Below are positions 11,305 through 21,627 of a stretch of 64,000 nt of DNA, one piece after another. A model generated the notes under the pieces. The model had not been told where the DNA came from, did no database searches, and was given only the letters and a program-made list of their open reading frames with translations. Every line of letters starts with the position of its first letter. Within the stretch, counting starts at the first letter, position 1. Position numbers and translations under genes: made by a program. The stretch is taken from positions 182,714,001 to 182,778,000 of the forward strand of contig OZ024740.1 of NCBI GenBank assembly GCA_964016885.1. Reading direction: 5' to 3'. This stretch comes from Eledone cirrhosa (lineage: Eukaryota).

Positions 11305-11731
11305 GGTAGTTCCATCCGGACCACTGTTGGCAGATTGAATTGCAGAAACTGATACATCGGACCAGGCAACTCAAATTTCCTACCCACACAAAGTCATTTC
11401 CCTCACTGATATACGTTTAAGTTGGGTTCTAATTTTAATAATTCAGACTTAATTAAATTATTGAGTGAGTGAGGAAACGATCAAGGATCTGTCCATTCTA
11501 TTCGATAATCTTCATTCCAGTATATATATATATATATATAAATATATATTTATATATATTATATATAGATGTATATATATATATATATATATATTAGAAA
11601 GTGAGATTTTTTTTACAAAATGAAAAATAACCGAGGTGTCCTACACGAGTGAAAGTATAAAGAAAAAGAGATGAAATCGAAAATGCAACTGGAGTCTTAT
11701 ATTTTTTAAAAATATATATATTTATTTGGTT

Positions 11732-11769
11732 CCTTTACCGGTTTCGCAGTTCTTCTGCTTTTCAAAAGG
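11732..11769 (-). ncRNA. Minimal hammerhead ribozyme, U3:A8 variant, palindromic stem III
   Basis: Minus strand: CCTT-TTGAAAA-GCAG aagaa CTGC-GAAA-CCGG-TA-AAGG. Stems I and II are perfect, the cleavage triplet is GUA and ACCGGT is self-complementary. Lies about 140 bp from a (TA)n tract. Confidence 0.75.
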
Positions 11770-12294
11770 TGAGTTGAGATGGAGGGTCTGTGGTTTTTCT
11801 CACATCTGGTTGGTCTCTAAATGTTACTTGTTTTATATGGAAAAAGTGGCTCGAAATGCCAGGTTTTTCGAGAAGTAATTTGATTGGTTTGTCAATAATT
11901 ATAATAATTATAATAAATTATATATATTTATGATTTAGTGTTAAAGAATAAAACCTAATGATATAATGAAAAATAGGGCTTCCGAGAATCTATGGCCCTA
12001 AGCTATAGCTTATTTATCTTATAGGTAAGTCCAGCACTGACTACAGCAATGGTTAACTGACATTTTAAAATAACTTATTACAAAGTATCTAAAACGTGCT
12101 TCTTTGTACAGTACAAACATAAGAAATATGAATCCAAACTAGATTTTGGAGATTATTCAGTTAAGAATGCTTCAGAAAGTAACTAAATATATAAAAACAC
12201 TTTATTTCCATTGACTCTAAACGTTATATTCTGTGGATATATCTCAGTAGTCTGAAACCATTTTGGGATTAGTAAACACAGTAGCAGTACCTAC

Positions 12295-12474
12295 GTAATA
12301 TATTATTTTGTCATCATTATAATCATAACTTTCGTAAATATCTTTTTCATGTGGGAGGAAATAGTATTGAATATATGAGAAGCTAACAGATTTATCAGTA
12401 GCGGTAACAATCAGAAGAGAAAGTTTGGTGAGAATGTGAGTGGGAAATAAAACAATAGAGAGTAATGGATATGA
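12295..12474 (-). CDS. Candidate host-gene exon
   Basis: tttgtgtgtgtcag|TCA TAT CCA...TAT TAC|gtaggt, 180 nt open, phase 0 to 0. Encodes SYPLLSIVLFPTHILTKLSLLIVTATDKSVSFSYIQYYFLPHEKDIYESYDYNDDKIIYY. Confidence 0.35.
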
Positions 12475-13274
12475 CTGACACACACAAACTAGTTTATACC
12501 ATGGGGGTTACTGATGAAGAGATTAGCAAAGCAAAATGCTGTATGATGGATGATAGGGAAAGCAATAACTTTTAAAACAGCCAAATAAAATGGAAGATAA
12601 GAGAAATGTTGTAACACTACAATGCTTTAAAGCTAGTATCCGTTAGGGACAAAAGAAGTGAGACAAAGAGAGGTTGAAAGGTACATATAACAAAATGAAT
12701 CCTGATGTTCTGATTGAGACAGCTCCTGTTAAACCCTTCTGTCATTCTACAAAGAATATACTTGTTAAATAAAAGTGTTGTAAAATTATGGCACTCATGT
12801 CTCCCTTAGGAACAAAGTGTTTGTTGCCTAATATATATATATATATATATACACTACATTAAGCATGTATAGAGTATAATGCATTGCAGTGAATTATGGC
12901 CATTGACTATAATATTGACTATAAAATTACTGCAAAGGCTGGAGAAAAATAGTCAGGTTAGATGTTAGATAACTTGTGGTAAATTTTTAAAGGTAAAAGA
13001 CAACTATTCATCCTATATATTTTCTAAACGATTAAAAGCAATTTTTTCCCGAGAATATTAAGAGTTGGGGTAATGAACAATACCTGTCGAATAAAATATT
13101 GCAAATTAAAAAGGAAATATTCATATTTACACGGATTCAAGCATTTTCACTTAGTTACTTTGATGTTTGCAGAGGAAGCCTAAGACATTTAAATGTAATG
13201 ACATCGATAATGAACATTTGGGTGTTCAATCGCATTCTGACTGACATATGAAGTTAATGTGTATGTGGATGTGT

Positions 13275-13750
13275 CTATCACAGATATGCATACCACTGAC
13301 AGTGGTAAGAAACCTTTAGGAGATCTGGACAGCAGAAGATCTTCAAAGAAGTACCCCTTCCCTTAAGAAAAGTATTTTGGCCCTTAACTTCTTAAACTCT
13401 AAGGGGCTGAGCCACATCAAGCTCATAGCTCATGGGTGCCCTACCTCTGACATTTAGCCATTTGGATATTGGAGACATGTTGACAAGATCTTCTCCATTG
13501 CTTCTGCTTTTTGAAAGCAGAAGCAACGGAGAAGAGATCCAGCTAGATCTTATAAACATGTCTCCAATATCCAAATGTCTAAATGTCAGAAGTAGGGTAC
13601 CCATGAGCTATGACCTTGATGTGGCTCAACCCCTTAGAGTTTAAGAAGTTAAGGGCCAAAATACTTGCTTAAGGGAGGGGGTTGTTCTTTGAAGGTCTTC
13701 TGCTGTCCAGATCTCCTAAAGGTTAGTGGTGTGCATATCTGTGATAGACT
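13275..13750. repeat. Long fold-back palindrome (about 235 bp arms) of a dispersed repeat
   Basis: Centre TTGCTTCTGCTTTTTGAAAGCAGAAGCAA near 13511. The mirrored ORFs 13392-13604 (-) and 13432-13644 (+) reflect the symmetry. Non-palindromic relatives lie at about 6480-6805 and 37760-37860. Confidence 0.93.
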
Positions 13751-14024
13751 CATATATCTGAAATGCTTTCTCGAATTTGGAAAAATAACATTGGTAGTCC
13801 TGGCTGTATTGAGACAGTGTCACAACCACCAACACAACAACCATGATTTACTCCGAGTTAATTCCCTTACTGTACCTTAAAATACAAACATAATGCCCTC
13901 AAACTCTATTGAGGCCTTAATTGCCAAGCTGAATAAGCATGACAGAATGTCTGTGTATATGACAGGGTTAAACATTTGAATTGCGAGAACAACAAAATGT
14001 AGGATGGACATGGCAGCATCCCTA

Positions 14025-14310
14025 GTGGTGGTGATCTACATGATTAACACCCCAGGTACATTCTATGATGTGGTTGGTGGTAGGAAGGGCATCCAGACAA
14101 AAAAAGGGTTCGAAGGACCCTCAGTTGTGTCAAAGATATGACAACCACTCATGTGCACCTGGTAGAATGTGAGATCATATATAATAGAGATACAGACCCT
14201 CTGGCCCGTCTGGGAGAACAGTAACTCCTTTCAGTACTGACTTGGTCTATGTAGACCTGACTAACCCTTGCTAGCAGAGAAAGAGTACTTTAAAATGACA
14301 GTAATAATGA
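14025..14310 (+). mobile_element. Old SINE or non-autonomous RTE derivative
   Basis: GTGGTTGGTGGTAGGAAGGGCATCCAG motif and an RTE-type tail (AACCCTTGCTAGCAG...). Relatives at about 39290-39578 (+) and 50874-51200 (-). Confidence 0.65.
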
Positions 14311-14949
14311 ATTCCTCCAATGGGCTTCCACACAGTACCCACTTTTGTAAATTCACTCACAAATGTTGAGTCACCCTGAGGCTACAGTAAAAGCACTTTA
14401 CCATAATGACACACTGTGACTGAAACTATAATTTCATGGTTTCATGGTTGTGAAACAAAAATGTTTAGCCACATAGCCATATTTGTAGCTCTGGATTGGC
14501 AGTATCGGTAGAGGGTCGGATGCCATGCTTTGTTGCGGCTCATTATGGTCTGAGTTCAAATCTCGCCGTGGTTAACTTTGCCTTTCATCCTTACGGGGTC
14601 GATAAAATAAAGTACCAGGAATACACTGGGATAATTGCTGGCCTTGTGCCAAAAGTAGAAACAATTATGAATATAGGAATACTTTTGCCTTCAAACAGGT
14701 AGGCAGAACTCATAGGACATGACAAGAGGAATAATAGCCTCTCAATTGCTGGTGCCATGAGATAATAATCTCAGAAGTGTTTCTGATTATAACCATTTCA
14801 TCATTATTATGTAAAGCATTTTCCTTAGATTTAAGATATAACGAGGTTGTCCAAGATTTAAATCTGTATGATTTTGCAAAGATTTGCCTACTAAACTGAC
14901 CATTTCAGAAAAAATACATAAAAACAATTTCATTAGTAATTTTATTTTA

Positions 14950-15328
14950 TATGGCTTAGTGGTTAGAGCATTGGCCTTGCAATCGAAAGGTTGTGAGTTC
15001 AATTCTCAGACCAGGTGATTTGTTGTTTCCTTGAGCAAGACACTTTATTTCACATTGCTCCAGTTTACTCAGCTGTAGAAATGAGATGATAGAACTGGGG
15101 TCCCTATTATTCCACTGCAAAGTGGTCGTGGAGGTGCCACGGCAAAAAAGCACCCAGGCCAGACTGTAAAGTGGACATGTAGGTGCCATGGAAAAAAAGC
15201 ACACAGCACTCACTGTAAATGAGGTTGGTGTTAGGAAGGGCATCAAGCTGTAGAAATCAAGCCAGAATCAGTTCTCGTCCCACCCTTGCAAGCAGGGAAA
15301 CGCGGACGTAAAATGATGATGATGATGA
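14950..15328 (+). mobile_element. Near full-length SINE family B (tRNA head, CORE-like domain, RTE 3' UTR and tail)
   Basis: GGCTTAGTGGTTAGAGC (A box), GAGTTCAATTCT (B box), CCTTGAGCAAGACACTTTATTTCAC core. The tail CCCTTGCAAGCAGGGAAACGCGGACGTAAAATGATGATG matches the RTE end at about 50180-50222. Confidence 0.9.
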
Positions 15329-16360
15329 TTTGTTTTATATTGTGGATTTGGGAGACAATAGCATTGTTGGCTATAGATTTCTTAGTTTTCTAAGAGACCA
15401 ATCATAGGCTCACTGTTTTTATGATGGTGAATGTGATAAAACAAGTGCCAGCATGACTACAAAGTATTTATGTTCCAAGCACCAATATATTTGGCCAATG
15501 TGTATATATTCCATCAACATTATATACATATATATATGCACACACATATACACATACTTATATATATATACACTCACATGTTAACATATAACAGTTTTCT
15601 GCATTGTTTCCAGGATTAAATAAGCTTGTTTAACAAAAGAGGAAACCCACCTTTCTAAATTATAATTAATTAACGGGGACACTATTAGATATACATAACG
15701 GCAGACTAATTCGTATTTAATCGATATTTCATTAAAAATTCTTATATTCACATATTATTGAGTACATATAAGCAGAATAATTATCTGAGTTAAAATTCCA
15801 ATAATTATCTTCGCTTCACTCTTCTGCTGTTAACACATCTTGAACATAATTTGACAAGAATCAGAAGTCAGGAATTTAACAAAACACCAAAGAAAATGTT
15901 ATTTCAGTGTATTTTCTGTTGGAATAATGAGGAATAGTTTAGGATATCCTATACTCAAGGTAAAAAAAAATTGTTTAACTGACTAATCATCACGATTGAA
16001 TTTATTTCCTTCTGAAGCAAGTAAACTGCGATCTGAGATTCATATTTAGTCTAATGACAAAGATAAAATTTCCAACAACATTCAAATGATTCAAAGTCAC
16101 AGTTCATATGAAACATTTGTAAGGGATTAAAAATAATTATTTGATGAAAGATGATTGGGTTTCCTTTGACAATTTTGTATATGAATGCTCTGCTTATTAT
16201 TAAATGTATTACTAATTTTCCATGCTTAAACCTTGCTCTTCTCTAAACTCTTATATACATGATATAAGCATTGAACTATTCCTTCTCTGTGAAGCTGGCA
16301 ATTAGATTATAATTCTATTTGTCTACTCTCATTTGAGAATTCATAATATAGTTCTACCTT

Positions 16361-16406
<46 letters not shown>

Positions 16407-16575
16407 AATATTTGCTCTAGGGTTCTTATATATTTGATATATATTTACCCTTATTGAGCCCTCTTTGGATTTTAGTCTTCACATTTATTATTATTACTAT
16501 CTATATATATATATATATATATATGAAAGGGCAAAGACCTCTCTCGATCACATATGACTAAGGGATTTAGCCATA

Positions 16576-16874
16576 GCTAACGCCGTTTTATAGTAGGGTG
16601 CCGCCCTGTCAAAGATAGCATTATTAGAGGAGAGATTTGAGGTTCTTGTACTGATATTATTTACGAAGTTTCTAAAAACAGTGGGAGGGTGGCATGAGTC
16701 CTTGTGAATGTAATTGAATTTTTCGTTTAGCTTATGGAAGGGTCTGTAGGTGTGTGTGCGAAGGTCTAAATTAATGTCTAAGAAATCTACGCTAGAGAAG
16801 TTGGTAGCTACTGTTATCCTAAGTCCGAACTCATTGAAGGTAGAAGCTAAGTCTTTTTTAAACCGGTCGAGGTC
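16576..16874 (-). pseudogene. Inverted 5' segment of a Penelope-like element, RT C-terminus
   Basis: Open frame DLDRFKKDLASTFNEFGLRITVATNFSSVDFLDINLDLRTHTYRPFHKLNEKFNYIHKDSCHPPTVF...IFDRAAPYY. FLD and YIH..S.HP are PLE RT motifs. Confidence 0.9.
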
Positions 16875-16875
16875 G

Positions 16876-17982
16876 TACTAGAATCTCAAACCTCTCCTCT
16901 AATAAGGATATCTTTGACAGGGCGGCACCCTACTATAACTCGGCGTTAGCTAACAGCGGCTTCTCACAACCTATCACTTACTCTCCCACTAAAAACAACA
17001 GCAATAAGAAAAGAAAGCGTAACAATAGACAAACTATCTGGTTCTCTCCTCCCTTCTCACTCAACGTTAAAACCAATGTAGGCAAAAAATGTCTAGCCCT
17101 CTTAGATAGACACTTTCCCATAGGTCATAAATACCGCTCCACCTTTAACCGACACAAAGTAAAACTAGGATACTCCTGCGCTAAAACATGAAGGCCCACA
17201 TCACCAACAGCCCTAAGAGCAACACCCCACCAGGGTGCTCTTGCTGTAAGCCCGAAGCTTGTCCCCTTCAACAGCAATGCAACAGACCCGCTGTAGTTTA
17301 TGAAGCTGTGGTCACTTCCAACCGACCAAATCAACCACAGGAGGTCAAATCCTATGTGGGTATGGCGGAGGGCCGATTTAAGGAACGCTTCCTGAACCAC
17401 CAGTCGACCTTTAGGTACCCGGACAGACGTTGATCCACAAAACTCGCGAGCCACGAATGGTCCCTCAAGAACTCAAGTATAGACTACTCCATTCAATGGA
17501 AAGCCAACACTAAGTCCAAGCCGTACGCAAGGGGCAATCCGTCGTGTGGACTATGTATTGATTAACGAATAAATATTCTAAAGAGATTACGTAATAGTGA
17601 TTGCCTAAACACAAGAAATGAATTCTTCGCACGTTGTCCACACGTCTGGAAACACCTCTTAGATAACTACAAACTCCGGATAAAATTATATCATCCTAAT
17701 TTTCTTATCAACAAGAAACTTTCTAACTTTCGCAGTTATCTCCTTTACACCTCTCGCACACAATTTAGTATTGCCTGTGTGAAGTGATCGTTTCTGCGCA
17801 TGCGCGTTCGTACGGTTGTCCTTCCTGTTCCGTATAACCATGTCCATTACGAGCTGAGGATCCGCTAAGGTGAAACAATTGATCTCGGTATGGTGAACCA
17901 ACTGTTGTGTAACCACTTCCACCTAACTCGTCCCTTGGACTGAGTGCTCTACCACTACGGATATTACCTTCCAGTGTTCCAC

Positions 17983-17985
<3 letters not shown>
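16876..17985 (+). mobile_element. Penelope-like retroelement (Naiad-type): RT thumb, CxCx5Cx5C linker, GIY-YIG endonuclease, pLTR
   Basis: IWFSPPFSLNVKTNVGKK, YSC, CSCCKPEACPLQQQC, VVYEA..YVGMAEGRFKERFLNH, CGLC, LNTRNEFF..CPH. One frameshift and two stops. Flanked by (TA)n. Confidence 0.9.
17850..17887 (+). ncRNA. Degenerate hammerhead motif in the PLE pLTR
   Basis: CGAG-CTGAGGA-tCC gctaa GGt-GAAA-CAATTG-at-CTCG. Stem I is intact and stem III palindromic, but U16.1 is not conserved. Confidence 0.6.
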
Positions 17986-18014
<29 letters not shown>

Positions 18015-18018
<4 letters not shown>

Positions 18019-18235
18019 AAAGAGTCGGATTAGATGAGATGCAGATTTGTTTCATGCATGGGAAAGTACAACAGATGCCCTCTTCTGAGTGAAATAATTA
18101 TAAGTGATGTTCCTAGCCAAGAATCAGCTGCTATATTTAGTTTTTGTTGATTTACAAAAGGCCTTTGACTGAGTACCTTGATCTATTATCCGGTGGTACT
18201 TAAGGACATTAGGTGGAGAATGGCTTGTATATGAG
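18015..18235 (+). mobile_element. Decayed RTE reverse transcriptase fragment
   Basis: DEMQICF..GKSTTDALF...LVFVDLQKAFD*VP with stops. Confidence 0.8.
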
Positions 18236-18655
18236 TTACATAATGAAAATATTTGGTACACATGAGTTGTAGTGGGGTAATTGGTAGACTAACAAGAAAG
18301 AAAGACTATGTATGTAGAAGATGCACAGTACTAATTGATGGAAAGAGCATAAGTGATATAAACCTTTTTAAGTTACAGGAAGGGTCTATAGTGTATTAAC
18401 CAATATTGAAAATGAATGGTTTGGTCATTTTATTATTTTATTTACTCCAATTTAGAAATAGTATCAGAAGGCGATAGGCTGCGTTTAATGTCAATTGGAT
18501 TGGAACAACAAGATCTAGTCAAAGTATTTTTAACATAATATTTACTGTGTGAACGTATTCTTCAAGTGTGTTTGCAGATGTCATCAAATAAATACATATT
18601 TGTGTGGCAAAGATTACAAAGTGTATGCATATTATACTAGATTACCTTGGTAAGT

Positions 18656-20880
18656 TGTCGAGAGTTTATAGACGTCATATTTTCCGTACCAAGATTAACA
18701 TAGACATTTGTTGGGTTATAGTCGGACCCAAGTCGAATTGGTGAGGACAACAGAATTTAACGTGTTCTCATTTGAGAACTATCTGTTGAACTCTAGAGAT
18801 AACAGTTATGACGTAATACATTAGTCATTGACTGATATGTTGAACTGGCTCGCGATTGGCCAGTTTCTTGGTAGGGTCAGTTAGTACAATAGCAGTTAGT
18901 TTCCAAGAATTCAATATATAAGCCAAGGCAGGAATATGGCGGCTGCCACTCTTCCCATATTATATGAGCTGTATAAAATATGCAACATCGCAAAATGACA
19001 TCAAACAAGAGAAAAAATCGGATATACCGAGAAAAATGCATGCATGGTTACCAAAGAGCAAATAAAACGTAACATAACCAAACAAGCAAAAGTAATTGTT
19101 TTCAGAAGAGTCAAAAGTTTGAACAATATCAAAATTCATATGTAAATTGTTCTACTCAGTTTTTGAGGCCAGTGCACTCTATGACAACTACGAGTCGTTG
19201 TAACATATGTAGATGGAGGTAGGGAAGGTGTTTGTTACATTGTAGGTGAGTATGCTTGTGATGGTGCAACATGCAATCTTGGGAGTGTATAGGGTTCAGG
19301 TATTGGAGCGTCTGTAAAGGCCTGTTTAACCCTATCTACTGAAACTGTGATTCCTACCACAAATGTCTATGGTAAAAAGTTTGTCCGTTTTTGCCAGGAC
19401 ATGGTAGGGTCCTGTATAGGGTAGTACCAGTGGTGAGTCTTTACGTAGGAAAACTTGAGTCAAAGGAGCAATATCTTTAGGAACCGTAGATTTAATTGAC
19501 TGTTGACGTGTTCCCATCGGCGGAAGATCATTGAAATATAATCGCAATCGGTTAATATATAACGTAGGATCTTCCCGCGATGCGTCGACTGGGACTAACA
19601 TTTGTCCCGGCAAGGATAAATGTGTTCCGTACAGCAATTCTGCTGGGGAATATCCAAGATCCTCCCTGACCGCCGCGCAACAGCCAAGAAGAACAATTGG
19701 TAGATATTCACTCCATTTTTGCTGGTCGGGATAAGCACGCAATGCTGCTTTTAATTGTCGATGAAAGCGTTCTATCATGCCATTTGAAACCAGATGATAA
19801 TAGTTTGTGTACGATGTATCACTAAAATTTTAGAAAGTTCATGGAAGAGATGTGATTCAAATTGTCCGCCACGGTCAGTGGTGATCGTGGAAGGGACACC
19901 ATAACGCGAAATTCAGCCAGACATCAGAGCTCGTACTACCGATTCTGCTGAAATCATGTCGGGAGGAATGGCTTCAGGCCAATGTGTAAAATGGTCGATA
20001 CACGTAAGAAGGTATGTATATCCATGACTGACCGGCCAAGGTCCAAACTAGGTCGATATGAATATGGTCGAAGCGGGCATCTGGAGCGTTGAATGTGCCC
20101 AGAGGTGCTCGAATTTGTTTGTGCTTCTGACTTCTGACAAGGAATGCGAGAACGAGACCATGCAGAGATATCTCGTCTCATATTTGGCCAAAAGAATCTA
20201 GCCGTAATGAGTTTCACTGATGAATGGATTCCAGGGTGTGAGAGGTTGTGTAACGTGTCGAAAACTGTTCGCCGATGAAGTTCCGGAACGAAGGGTCGAG
20301 GTGAATCAGTCGATATGGCACACAGGATGCTTGTGTCAGAATTGTGTAAAGGTAATTGTTTGAATTTGCACGTCGCAAATTCGGTTGCAGATCAATCCAA
20401 ATCGTCCAAAGCAGACTGGTCAGCAGTGAGCAAAGGTAGATCAATATCGGTTTTTGTCGATAGTTAATTGATAGGTAAACGAGATAATGCATCTGCCGCT
20501 AAATTCTGTGATCCAGGAATATGACGTATATCTCTAGTGAATTGTGATACATAATCTAAATGTCGAGTTTCACGTGGCGTGTATCTCTTGGGTTTCGCTT
20601 TGAGAGCAAATGTCAAAGGACGATGGTACGTGAAAATCGTAAACTGGCAGTGTTTGATTGCCAAATACATCGCTAACAGTTCTCTGCCGAAAGTAGTGTA
20701 TCGGGTTTCAACGGGTTTAAGCTGTCTTGAGAAATATGCCAATGGTTGCATACTCTGATTGTGATACTGTTGTAAAATTGCACCTACTGCTGTGCCTGCA
20801 TCAACGACCAGTAAAAACTGGGCATCAGGCACAGGATGTGCAAGCAGGGTGACATCAGCTAATTCCTGTTTCACTCTGGA
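18656..20880 (-). mobile_element. 5'-truncated Ty3/Gypsy LTR retrotransposon (RNase H, integrase, candidate 3' LTR)
   Basis: 20464-20874 has VDA..AVGAILQQ..PLAYFSRQL..RELLA..N.AADALSR (RNase H), followed by HNLSHPG/FFWPNM/CQK (zinc-binding) and IERFHRQLK (integrase). A candidate PPT GGGAAGAG near 18950 precedes TG; the LTR left boundary is tentative. Confidence 0.88.
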
Positions 20881-20894
20881 ATAATCTTCGAGTT

Positions 20895-21380
20895 GACCAC
20901 CTAGATATCTTCTGCTATCTAGGTGACTTATTTACCAGCGGAGAAGGGTGCTCTGAGAGTGTAATAGCTAGAGAGAGGATTGGATGGAAAAGGTTTAAAG
21001 ACCTACTCCAACTGTTGACAAAATGTTTCTCCTTGCATACAATAGGACTGCATGATACCTGTGTGCAAAGTGCAATGCTTCATAGTATTGAAATATTGGT
21101 AATAAGACATGCATAGAATGGGAAAAAAATGCTTCATTGGATGTTCATGGATGATGACTGATGGGGGAAGAAGTGCCAGCAAATGCCAGTGGAAGGAACC
21201 CACAGTCAAGGTATACCAAAACGACCTAAGCAGAAGTTGAGAGCTGACCTCAAATCGTTGTGACTCACAGAAATGACAAAGAAATGCAGCAATAGGAGCG
21301 ATGCCGTGCTGAGAAGGACCCATCCAACCCATGCAAGGGTGGAAAAGCAGACATAAAAATGATGATGATGATGATGATGA
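20895..21380 (+). mobile_element. Internally deleted RTE 3' fragment
   Basis: YLGD...RIGWKRFK remnant, ending CCAACCCATGCAAGGGTGGAAAAGCAGACATAAAA(TGA)n. Confidence 0.8.
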
Positions 21381-21627
21381 TATATATATATGTGGCGGGG
21401 GTTGTGTCTCATCTATACCTATTTTTCTTCTGAAATTCTACTACTATTAAAACAGAATAAAATATGAAAGCACAAGTTGAAACTTCATTAAAATAAATCA
21501 TTTGCAGCCAGAAGTAATTATGAGTAAATGAGTTACATAAAGTCAGCCTCCAATAATAAGGAATGATAAATTAACTGCACAGAAATGAATCTATATAAAC
21601 GTGGTATCAAAGAATTGAGTTTAATAT

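Noticed and set aside
12008-12030. TTATTTATCTTATAG|GTAAGT resembling a recursive splice site
   Set aside because: It lies on the + strand, opposite to the candidate host gene, and is plausible by chance in AT-rich DNA.
14950-15020. tRNA gene
   Set aside because: The A and B boxes are the head of a dispersed SINE and no complete cloverleaf is evident.
17431-17433. In-frame TGA in the Naiad-type ORF as a selenocysteine codon
   Set aside because: Some Naiads encode selenoproteins, but this TGA is not at a recognisable conserved Cys, the copy also has a TAA and a frameshift, and no SECIS core was seen downstream. The family consensus would settle it.
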